Shown piece after piece: positions 26,641-34,217 of a stretch of 64,000 bases of DNA. How positions within the stretch are numbered: position 1 is the first letter of the stretch; each line of letters begins with the position of its first letter. The notes below the pieces were generated by a model. That model worked only from the letters and a program-made list of their open reading frames with translations, made no database searches and was not told where the DNA came from. Position numbers and translations under genes: made by a program. Origin of the DNA: a virus. The stretch is from IMG/VR virus record IMGVR_UViG_3300017780_002571, positions 1 to 64,000 of that record; one strand, written 5' to 3'.

Positions 26641-27453
26641 TCAGACTTTGGCGGTTTTGGCGGCCTTTAGCGCGTCCTTAGGGTGAGGTGCTGCATAAGG
26701 CACTGGCCCGGTAGGCTTAGTCTCTTTGGTGTCCACTTTGGAGGTTACCGCCGTGGGCGTCCCACGTCGAGCATAGGACTCGCCGTTGCGCACATCGAAC
26801 AGAGGCTCAACCGCGCTGCCCAAGTGGAACCTAACATTATGGGCAGAGGATGGGGCTAACACATCCTGCAGAGCCACCAGTGCCAAGGACTGCAGCAGCT
26901 CACTGAGGGCATCCTTCGGCATAAGCTCGAAGCCAGAGAACGCACTGCTCAGGGACAAGTACAACTGGTCCACAAACCCAGAAGTCACAATCTCCTTGGC
27001 CACTGCTTTGGCCTCCCACGCTGCAACAGACATAGAAAGACAACCCAGCATGGAACGGTGCCCAGCGCCGGGAGACCCGCCTGTCCAAGTGAGGTGATGA
27101 ACCCCCAGAGCGCTGAGCTCGGCATCAGTGGCAGGTTCCCCAGCCAACTTGTCCCCGATACGAATGCGGAACCCTAGGCTAGTGGTGCCTTGATTGCTGG
27201 CTTCCTTCCACAGCCGGAAGGACATACGGAGAGTGGAGGCATCCGACCCAATCACGTAGAAGACGTTTTCGTCCTTGCTCTTCAAAGTTGTGAACTTGGA
27301 CAAGTCCACCTTGAAGCCCTTCCCGGAGGCTGGGGCCATGAGGTCCTTGAAGCTCACTTCCTTGGCTTCAGATGTGGGGGTCAGCATGGAGGCCAGCTTC
27401 AGGGGAACGGCTGCGCTGATTTCGTCTTTTGGTTTTGGTAGTTTCTTGGTCAT
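26641..27453 (-). CDS. Hypothetical protein
   Basis: RBS AAGGAG before MTKK. Confidence 0.7.
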   Translation of the reverse strand: MTKKLPKPKDEISAAVPLKLASMLTPTSEAKEVSFKDLMAPASGKGFKVDLSKFTTLKSKDENVFYVIGSDASTLRMSFRLWKEASNQGTTSLGFRIRIGDKLAGEPATDAELSALGVHHLTWTGGSPGAGHRSMLGCLSMSVAAWEAKAVAKEIVTSGFVDQLYLSLSSAFSGFELMPKDALSELLQSLALVALQDVLAPSSAHNVRFHLGSAVEPLFDVRNGESYARRGTPTAVTSKVDTKETKPTGPVPYAAPHPKDALKAAKTAKV

Positions 27454-27466
27454 GATGGCTCCTTGG

Positions 27467-28045
27467 TTATGCCTTAACGTAATCTTCCAACAGCTTGGCA
27501 CCCTCTGGGGTTTCCTTCGCTATGTACTGCTCAATCAGTTCAACTTCGTGCTGCAGAGAAGATGCCAACTCCACCGCCTTGAGTCGAATGTTCACCGACT
27601 CGGTTACCTGATCTTCAAGCCGGAAGCGCCAGCCGATGGTGCAGCTCGTCTCGTCTTCAGGCGTCAACCACACTCGGATGCCGCCCACAATGGAGGACTT
27701 CTCCACAAGGGTGACACGGTGAAACACGTTCCCGGTCTTGGGATTCTTCAGACGCTTAGGAGTCTCCACCGCGCCCTGCCCGTGCAGCATGCGATAGAAG
27801 TCCACCATCAGCAGGTTCTGGAAGTCATCCACCGACATCAGCCACTCCATGTCTGGGCAGTATTTCAGGATGGTCCGGTACACGTACCCACCAAAGTTCT
27901 GATGCTTCAAGACCGCCATCAGCTTTCGAGGGTTACTGAAGCTGAGCGGGATAGATGCAGCACGTGCGATGCTGGCATGGATGGAGGACCCGCCTGTCCA
28001 CTCCGCCTTGGGAAACACGATAGAAGCTTTTTCTTTGAAGTGCAT
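27467..28045 (-). CDS. Hypothetical protein
   Basis: RBS AAGGGG before MHFK. Confidence 0.7.
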   Translation of the reverse strand: MHFKEKASIVFPKAEWTGGSSIHASIARAASIPLSFSNPRKLMAVLKHQNFGGYVYRTILKYCPDMEWLMSVDDFQNLLMVDFYRMLHGQGAVETPKRLKNPKTGNVFHRVTLVEKSSIVGGIRVWLTPEDETSCTIGWRFRLEDQVTESVNIRLKAVELASSLQHEVELIEQYIAKETPEGAKLLEDYVKA

Positions 28046-28055
28046 GACGTTCCCC

Positions 28056-29396
28056 TTACTTGGACTTCTTGGCAGCCTTGGCCAGTTTGACAGTCGTGGT
28101 GTTGTTGGAAACATCCAACTCAACCACGGTACTCTTCTGCCCCTCTTGAGGTGCTGGGGACTCGCCCACGTTCGGCTCCTCGTCCACCGAGCTCAAGGCT
28201 TCTCGCACCAGCGCATAAGTTGTCTGGGTGATCTTGGACTGAGGCACTGGCATGTTATCCACGAAGAGGGACTTCACCCGCTTGGTCAGTTCGGTGTAGT
28301 CCTCAGCGCTAGCGGTGGCCTGCATCTCGTTCAGCATGGAATCAAACGCGCCCTTGGCAAAGTCGTAACCGCCCTTGAAGGACTCGATGCCCAAGAATTG
28401 CATGGTCTTGTCGATACGCCCTTCACGGTGGAGCTCTGCCGGGATGGTCTTGACATTGTTGGTGGTCATGACGGTGAACACCTTGGTCTTGTGCTCTTGC
28501 AGCCACCAGAGCAACTGACTCAGCAGGCGAGAAGTCACGCCGCTGTCGCTTGTGCCTTGGAACACTTTTTCCACTTCATCAAAGATGATCACACATGGCT
28601 CCACCTCATCCACTTGGGCAAGGGCAGCATTCAGGTTGCCTTCCGACTCACCCACGTACTTGCCCATCATTGCGCCAAGGTCCAAGCGGTACAGAGGCAC
28701 ACCGAATTCCTGCGCAATGTGCTTGGATGCCAGCGTCTTGCCCGTACCCGGAGGGCCGTCAAACAACAGGCCACGAGGGGTCAGGCTTGGATGCTTGGGG
28801 GCCTTGAAGAAACTGGTGTTCGCCTTGAGCCAGTTTTGGAGGTCAGGGGGGCAGACATAGTAGTCCTGCTCGGTATTCACTTGCGTGATGCCTTGGAGCT
28901 TGTTGTATCCACGGCGCGTCTCGCTGACACCACGAGGGGTCAGGGATTCGTCACGGGTCATGGTCATCTTGGCGATTTCACCGATGTCCTTCAGAGTCAG
29001 GCCGCCAAATGATGGCAGCAGTTCTTCAGGCTCTTCGCACACCCCCATTTCCGTCAGGAACTTGAGTACCAGTTCCTTTGGGGGAACCAGCGTGCCACCA
29101 TCAAATTGGAGCACCGACTTTTCAGTGTTGATAAACACGATGGTCTTTTCCATCTCCACTGCCAGCCGATACAGCTTGGCTAGGGAGCGGCATTCAGAGG
29201 AGGTGTACAGGACCCGAGCCTCAGGCAGCTTCAGGTCACTGGCCTTTGCGATGGTCTCCGGGAGGTTTATGGGGGTGGCTGATTCGTTCGAAATGAACGA
29301 CAAGACCTCCTCCACGTTGATCACGTCATCAGTGCGGACGTAGATCAGAGGCAACGTAGATGCCAGAGCTAGCTCAAGCGGATTTTTGAATTCCAT
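28056..29396 (-). CDS. AAA+ ATPase (Ycf46-like)
   Basis: GPPGTGKT, KYVGESE, FDEVEK, R.GRID; N-terminal PLIYV.T.D. Confidence 0.88.
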   Translation of the reverse strand: MEFKNPLELALASTLPLIYVRTDDVINVEEVLSFISNESATPINLPETIAKASDLKLPEARVLYTSSECRSLAKLYRLAVEMEKTIVFINTEKSVLQFDGGTLVPPKELVLKFLTEMGVCEEPEELLPSFGGLTLKDIGEIAKMTMTRDESLTPRGVSETRRGYNKLQGITQVNTEQDYYVCPPDLQNWLKANTSFFKAPKHPSLTPRGLLFDGPPGTGKTLASKHIAQEFGVPLYRLDLGAMMGKYVGESEGNLNAALAQVDEVEPCVIIFDEVEKVFQGTSDSGVTSRLLSQLLWWLQEHKTKVFTVMTTNNVKTIPAELHREGRIDKTMQFLGIESFKGGYDFAKGAFDSMLNEMQATASAEDYTELTKRVKSLFVDNMPVPQSKITQTTYALVREALSSVDEEPNVGESPAPQEGQKSTVVELDVSNNTTTVKLAKAAKKSK

Positions 29397-29435
29397 GGTA
29401 AGTACCCTTCTCAGTTAAAAATTAGGCCAGAAGTA

Positions 29436-29463
29436 ATTATAGCATATTTGACAAGTTTGCCAA
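29436..29463 (-). promoter_or_regulatory. Sigma70-like promoter
   Basis: TTGGCA-16-TATAAT with TGn extended -10. Confidence 0.75.
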
Positions 29464-29467
29464 ATAA

Positions 29468-29947
29468 TTATTCGTTGCAGTTAATTGCAAAGTCCCGGCT
29501 GTGAAACTCCCCCACGTTCAAGCCGAACAGCTCCCGATTGCCATGGTTCCAGAGGATCGAATAGATACCCGTCTTCACGGCAGTGACTCTTGCGTACACG
29601 ATATCGAATGGGATTCCGAAGTAACTTGAGCCTAGAGCCCTCCACGTTGGGTCAATCACATTCCCAGCCGAGTCCACACACCAAGCATGGTGCATTGGAA
29701 TAACTGTGGTGGCGTACCCCTCAACATACGTTAGGCCCTCCTCATGAGCCAAGTGCAGGGCGTTGGAGAAACACTCACCCATCTTGCCGTACCCCACAGA
29801 GTCTGGCTTGATGGTAGGTGCCCACAACTTCCCATACTGAGCCAATAGGTGGTAGGGAGACTTCACACCTTGTTGAACTCGGGTGTACATGCGGATGTGA
29901 TCCTCAGCGGAGGTGTTCACGGCGTCTTCGTTAAAGGTTTGTTTCAT
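29468..29947 (-). CDS. Transglutaminase/papain-like Cys-His-Asp protein
   Basis: ECF.NA ... YVEGY ... HAW ... IDPTW. Confidence 0.65.
   Translation of the reverse strand: MKQTFNEDAVNTSAEDHIRMYTRVQQGVKSPYHLLAQYGKLWAPTIKPDSVGYGKMGECFSNALHLAHEEGLTYVEGYATTVIPMHHAWCVDSAGNVIDPTWRALGSSYFGIPFDIVYARVTAVKTGIYSILWNHGNRELFGLNVGEFHSRDFAINCNE
29475..29490. repeat. 16-bp palindromic site
   Basis: TTGCAGTTAATTGCAA, just upstream of a promoter. Confidence 0.8.
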
Positions 29948-29948
29948 G

Positions 29949-30452
29949 TTAGTCGCACAGGTTGGTTGATTCTCCGAGGACCACGTAGCCCTCTTCACGA
30001 TTGATGCTCACTAGGCCACACCCGCCACTAGCGCGAAGTGCCCCAGACAAGGATTGAGCGGGAGTCGAGATTGCCTGACGAAACTCATCATCTGTGCCGT
30101 CCCCGTTGAATGGAATCTTCCACTCGGTGTAGTCACTCCAAGCGTGCATCTTGGTCTTGCTGTCAAACGGAGAATCAAAGCAGAGCCCAAGCTTCTCGAT
30201 CAGGGCCTTTCGATCCGCCACAAGCTGAGCACGTCGAGCCTCCAAGGCTGCCATGTCCGCAAGGGCCTTGGCATTCTTCGCGTCACGAGCTGCGAAGAGC
30301 CCAGCAGACTCAGCAGGGAAGCAGCTACGGCACCCGATGGCCCAAGGGCCTATGCCGAATTGGCGGAAGCAAATGCCGTCAGTGGCATGAACCTTGGTTC
30401 CGCACTTGAGGCATTTACCTGCGTACTTGTTAAGGAAGTAAGAGACTTGCAT
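29949..30452 (-). CDS. Hypothetical Zn-finger protein
   Basis: NKYAGKC..CG ... CxxC. Confidence 0.7.
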   Translation of the reverse strand: MQVSYFLNKYAGKCLKCGTKVHATDGICFRQFGIGPWAIGCRSCFPAESAGLFAARDAKNAKALADMAALEARRAQLVADRKALIEKLGLCFDSPFDSKTKMHAWSDYTEWKIPFNGDGTDDEFRQAISTPAQSLSGALRASGGCGLVSINREEGYVVLGESTNLCD

Positions 30453-30460
30453 GTGAGCTC

Positions 30461-30718
30461 CTAGTTAACCACGTTGAAACCCGATTGGATGGCGACCTGA
30501 AGTCCACCATCTTCTTCGTTAGTACCAAAGATCATAGGAAAGAAGCGACCATCCACGGTAGCGAGGACCGTCACGCGAAACACGTACCGGATGTTGTCGT
30601 TAGGGGAGCCAAGTTTCTTCTCTACCGCCTTCAAAGCATTGGCTGCAGTGGCGTAGGTCTTACTTGGGGTGATGTTCAGGACAACGTACATAGGAGTCTC
30701 CAGTGCAATTAATTTCAA
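30461..30718 (-). CDS. Hypothetical protein
   Basis: KTYAT.ANA..AV...GRF.P motif; start uncertain. Confidence 0.65.
   Translation of the reverse strand: MKLIALETPMYVVLNITPSKTYATAANALKAVEKKLGSPNDNIRYVFRVTVLATVDGRFFPMIFGTNEEDGGLQVAIQSGFNVVN
30703..30718. repeat. 16-bp palindromic site
   Basis: GTGCAATTAATTTCAA. Confidence 0.8.
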
Positions 30719-30720
30719 AG

Positions 30721-30912
30721 TTAGATGGACATGGCTTGCATAACAATTGCAAGGGATGCTGCTTTCATCACGTAGCGGCTACCTGTAAGGGTCTCCCCGG
30801 TGTACACAGGCTCGGAGGTCACGTACTGGCTGAGGTACATGGAAAACTCGTCTTTGAACTCCACTTGGAAGAGGTCGCTTACTGAATCTTGAACCGTAAT
30901 CTTGAGTGACAT
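30721..30912 (-). CDS. Hypothetical protein
   Basis: First ORF after the promoter at ~30960. Confidence 0.6.
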   Translation of the reverse strand: MSLKITVQDSVSDLFQVEFKDEFSMYLSQYVTSEPVYTGETLTGSRYVMKAASLAIVMQAMSI

Positions 30913-30956
30913 GCTGGTTGCCCTTTCTTGGCTGGGGAAGCTGTTTCCTTGAATTA

Positions 30957-30986
30957 ATTATAACATAGGCTTTGCCAGTTTGTACA
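30957..30986 (-). promoter_or_regulatory. Sigma70-like promoter at start of early region
   Basis: TGTACA-18-TATAAT with TGn extended -10, AT-rich. Confidence 0.65.
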
Positions 30987-30996
30987 ATTATTTTCA

Positions 30997-31012
30997 GTGC
31001 AATTAGCTGCAA
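30997..31012. repeat. 16-bp palindromic site
   Basis: GTGCAATTAGCTGCAA, upstream of a promoter. Confidence 0.75.
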
Positions 31013-31030
31013 TTTTTAGGGTCTGAAGAC

Positions 31031-31063
31031 AAAAAAAAAGCCCTACCGGATTAGGGTAGGGCT
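31031..31063 (-). terminator. Rho-independent terminator ending the late/lysis operon
   Basis: AGCCCTACC-loop-GGTAGGGCT followed by a long U-tract. Confidence 0.85.
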
Positions 31064-31106
31064 ATGAATGGGCTACGCCCACCTTGGAGACACCACGGAG
31101 ATTAGG

Positions 31107-31307
31107 TCACTGAGGTCGAAGGAAGTTACGCAGATCGCACACAAGGGAGTCATGCTGCATGGACTCAGAATTGGCATAGAGCTCTCGCCATTCCTGAGTG
31201 GTCTTGTCCGATTCAAAAAAGAAAATCTTGTTCTCCACCTTGATGAGGGAGGCACCCTTCATTCGGACGTATGCGGCTAGGCCTAGTTGCTGTACTTGAA
31301 TCTGCAT
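31107..31307 (-). CDS. Hypothetical protein
   Basis: L.LAAY....G..L......FFF motif typical of small phage proteins. Confidence 0.65.
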   Translation of the reverse strand: MQIQVQQLGLAAYVRMKGASLIKVENKIFFFESDKTTQEWRELYANSESMQHDSLVCDLRNFLRPQ

Positions 31308-31320
31308 CTCTATCTCATTC

Positions 31321-31878
31321 TCAGTTGGTTGGTAATGTGGAAGCTCTGGCGTCTTCGTATGCCTTGTAGCACCCGAGGAGCTCAAGCCTTATTTGGTCGG
31401 CTCGGTAGGCTTCAGAGATGAGCCCGTCAATAACTGGGTCAGGTTCTGAAGAAAACTTGGCTCCGTCACTGACTCTGGGAGACGCGGCAGCAACGGCAAC
31501 TGCGCTGTGGCTACCTTTGCTGGCGGTAACGATTCCTGAGATGGTCTTGGTTTCGGAGGCCATGCGCACCCGAAGAGCATCGCGCACAGAAGCAAGCTGA
31601 GCAAGGTTTTCATTGGTCTTCTTTCGTTGAGTATCCAGAGCTACTTGAAGGGCCTGCTCCTTAGCCCGTTCGACCTCCACCTCGGCTGCATGATTCAGTG
31701 CGGCAGTCTTCAGCACTTCGGCATGGCCAGTCTTGAGTTCGGCAATGGTGGTCTTGCCCTTCTCGATTTCCAAGGCAAGCCCATTCTTGTCCCACGTGAG
31801 TTTACAGGACGTGGCAGACAGGGCCACCACAAGGGCAGCCAGTACCCACTTTGGAATCAGAGAGAACAGTGCAGACAT
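31321..31878 (-). CDS. Rz-like inner-membrane spanin
   Basis: N-terminal TM, coiled coil, C-terminal RADQ...L..C..AY. Confidence 0.85.
   Translation of the reverse strand: MSALFSLIPKWVLAALVVALSATSCKLTWDKNGLALEIEKGKTTIAELKTGHAEVLKTAALNHAAEVEVERAKEQALQVALDTQRKKTNENLAQLASVRDALRVRMASETKTISGIVTASKGSHSAVAVAAASPRVSDGAKFSSEPDPVIDGLISEAYRADQIRLELLGCYKAYEDARASTLPTN
31389..31613 (-). CDS. Rz1-like outer-membrane lipoprotein spanin, nested in Rz
   Basis: MKTLLSLLLCAMLFG-C lipobox, Pro-rich, fully embedded in another frame. Confidence 0.85.
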   Translation of the reverse strand: MKTLLSLLLCAMLFGCAWPPKPRPSQESLPPAKVATAQLPLLPRLPESVTEPSFLQNLTQLLTGSSLKPTEPTK

Positions 31879-31885
31879 AGTAGCC

Positions 31886-32113
31886 TCACTCAGGAGTTGG
31901 AGGGGTTGACGTGGAGGTATCAGAAGGTCCACGTATCTTCTGGGTGGTGTTGGCCGTCAGGTACGCACCCACCGTGCCAAGCACAACCAGCATGTAGGTG
32001 TTGCCGTCCTTGTCCAGCTTCTCCAACAACTGCAGGATGGTGGTAGTGATGCCTGCGCCCATGGCAAGCACGAAGCGGCGGCCACCGGAGTTTTCCATTG
32101 CCTTGCGGATCAT
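31886..32113 (-). CDS. Holin (2 TM)
   Basis: GGRRF-TM...TM-AY..AN; position in lysis cassette. Confidence 0.7.
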   Translation of the reverse strand: MIRKAMENSGGRRFVLAMGAGITTTILQLLEKLDKDGNTYMLVVLGTVGAYLTANTTQKIRGPSDTSTSTPPTPE

Positions 32114-32703
32114 TATGTACCTTTCGAACATAGCGTAACTACTCCCTCAGGGCCTCCAGCCCATTGAGCCCTCACCTCCCCGTATGGAGCGGCGATGGTG
32201 GGCTTGGTCAGATCACACAACGCAAGGTTAGGAGCCCTGCCCATTATCTTGGTTTGATCCAGTGCACCATTGGCAAGGCGGTACCCGGGGCGGGAGAGGT
32301 ACGGCAAGTTGGACTTCACTCGCCACACCGGGGGCTTGAGCACATCGACCTGCTCCCGGCACAACGCGGCGGCTGTGGCGTCTGGTGGCGCGTCACAGCT
32401 CCACTTCAGGTACTTGTCTACTGCAGCCTTATAGGCCGCTTCCTGATTCGAGGAGGTGAGGATGCCAGTAACTACCCCACCAAACACCTGAGGGTCACAC
32501 ACCGCATGGGTGCAGCTTAGTATCGGGACTACCCTCCCATCGGCGCATGGGAAGAACAAATGCTGCCCCACATTCGCGGACTTGTAGATCACAGGCAAGG
32601 CGGTCATCACACAGGATTGAGCCCGGGCCACGGACACGCCTAAGAGGTTGATAGCTCCAACAATGAGGAGACCAAGCAGCAGGGATAGGAATCGGAGGAT
32701 CAT
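32113..32703 (-). CDS. Secreted Cys-rich protein
   Basis: Signal peptide ending ARA-Q; multiple Cys. Confidence 0.65.
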   Translation of the reverse strand: MILRFLSLLLGLLIVGAINLLGVSVARAQSCVMTALPVIYKSANVGQHLFFPCADGRVVPILSCTHAVCDPQVFGGVVTGILTSSNQEAAYKAAVDKYLKWSCDAPPDATAAALCREQVDVLKPPVWRVKSNLPYLSRPGYRLANGALDQTKIMGRAPNLALCDLTKPTIAAPYGEVRAQWAGGPEGVVTLCSKGT

Positions 32704-33131
32704 GGCGATGGTGGGAGTATCTCCCAGTAAACAGCTTCTTTGGCTAGGAGGGCTGGGAGGATGTACCCCTTCAGCATGGTTAGGGCAGACTGTGAGCGCA
32801 CAATGCTCTGCGTGCCAGAGCGATACCCCGGCAACAAGCACCCCTCGGTGTGGGTTGCCAGATTGCCCCCATGGATGCGGATGTACTTGTACCCGGGCAC
32901 TTCGGTGAGGGTCAGGGTGTCAGGTCCGAAGCGATTGCTCAGCTCGGCAATTACGCGATAGGTCCCCACAGGGATGGCGGTGATGCCGGGGCGTTTCCAC
33001 TTGCTGACGGGTACGCCTGCCTGCTCTCGCACCTCGTCTTCTAGGATGTCGCACAAGGCCATGGTGCCCATGGTCAGCTTGGAGAGGGTCGTAACCCCAA
33101 TGGACTTTTCTCGGCGTTGCACAAATTTCAT
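32700..33131 (-). CDS. Endolysin, DUF5675/L,D-transpeptidase-like
   Basis: LED, TAIP.GTY, VPG...IRIH.GN....TEGCLL.G. Confidence 0.8.
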   Translation of the reverse strand: MKFVQRREKSIGVTTLSKLTMGTMALCDILEDEVREQAGVPVSKWKRPGITAIPVGTYRVIAELSNRFGPDTLTLTEVPGYKYIRIHGGNLATHTEGCLLPGYRSGTQSIVRSQSALTMLKGYILPALLAKEAVYWEILPPSP

Positions 33132-33532
33132 GTCGTCTCCTTAGAGTCTGTGGCTCGGGTGCGGGAGTCCACTGGGCGCTCTTCAAGGATGTCATCCAGC
33201 TCTTCCTGCATGTACCCCGGCACCGTGACACCGTGCTCCTTGACCAAGCCCATGAATTGTCGCACCAGCATCTCAGTGCGAGTCAGCTTGGTTTGCTGGC
33301 GGTGCAGCTTGGTGTCCATCACGTGAAACTCCTTGCGCAACAGCACATTGTCGGCCTGCAGAGCTTCGATCTGAAGTCGCAGCGTCTTAAAGCTTTCAGA
33401 CGTAGCCGTACTGCCGTTCTGAGCCGCCTGCTCGGAGCGTAGGAAGCTGATGCCTTTGGCAATGGCTAAGGCCAGCATAGCTGTTACCCCTGCGCCTCCA
33501 GCAACCTGCTTTGGAATTTCCCACTCATCCAT
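33128..33532 (-). CDS. TM + coiled-coil protein (holin/antiholin-like)
   Basis: One N-terminal TM then a heptad coil; upstream of endolysin. Confidence 0.6.
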   Translation of the reverse strand: MDEWEIPKQVAGGAGVTAMLALAIAKGISFLRSEQAAQNGSTATSESFKTLRLQIEALQADNVLLRKEFHVMDTKLHRQQTKLTRTEMLVRQFMGLVKEHGVTVPGYMQEELDDILEERPVDSRTRATDSKETT

Positions 33533-33932
33533 TTTGGTTTGCCTTCTCAAGAGTGTGTGCCCCGACCCAAACCTCCGCCAGTACCAAGTACACCAAGATC
33601 ACATCCGCAGCACCCATAGGCCTGTTTGGATTGTTGGCGAAGGACATGATAGTGAAAAGCCAAAGGTAAGAGCCTAGTAGCACCACGACCAAGGCACCCA
33701 GTCTCTTGATGGGGCGAGGCCACTCGCAGACGATCATGACCTTGGAGACCCCGTACCCAAAGAAGGCAATAGACCACAACCAATGAGGGGCCTGCTTGAG
33801 CATCTCATCGTACGCACCGTTATGGGCATTGGCGAACATCAAGCCAAAAGAAAATAGGAGTGCACAGACTGCGATGGTCAGCCGAATCGAGGTGACATCA
33901 GCGAGCATTATGGAAGTAAGTCGAGTAGTCAT
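33525..33932 (-). CDS. Four-TM membrane protein
   Basis: Four hydrophobic segments. Confidence 0.65.
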   Translation of the reverse strand: MTTRLTSIMLADVTSIRLTIAVCALLFSFGLMFANAHNGAYDEMLKQAPHWLWSIAFFGYGVSKVMIVCEWPRPIKRLGALVVVLLGSYLWLFTIMSFANNPNRPMGAADVILVYLVLAEVWVGAHTLEKANQNG

Positions 33933-34210
33933 GCGTAGAACCCCTGTGGATTGCACCAGTCCACCCACCGCAACATGCCATGGGCAATTTTTCCCCTCCA
34001 CCCGGGGCAGGTATCCAACCCCCATAGTCTATCCGTGAATCGCTCTCCCCGCACGTTTGGTGACCCATAAATTAGGGACATTTCTGTGAGATTCACTAGG
34101 ATGTCCAACTTCACTGTAAGCCAATGAAGCGGGGACAGAAGGACCCACCATCCTCCCCGTACGGACTGCACGGTTATGGGGTAGGCCGCCAGAAGGAAGA
34201 GGGTAAACAT
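33929..34210 (-). CDS. Hypothetical protein
   Basis: Coupled ORF, hydrophobic N-terminus. Confidence 0.55.
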   Translation of the reverse strand: MFTLFLLAAYPITVQSVRGGWWVLLSPLHWLTVKLDILVNLTEMSLIYGSPNVRGERFTDRLWGLDTCPGWRGKIAHGMLRWVDWCNPQGFYA

Positions 34211-34217
34211 AGGTCTC

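Noticed and set aside
25695-30753. Additional palindrome-like matches (ATGCAAACAATTGAAC at 25695, TTGCATAACAATTGCAA near 30736)
   Set aside because: Too many mismatches or wrong spacing to count as copies
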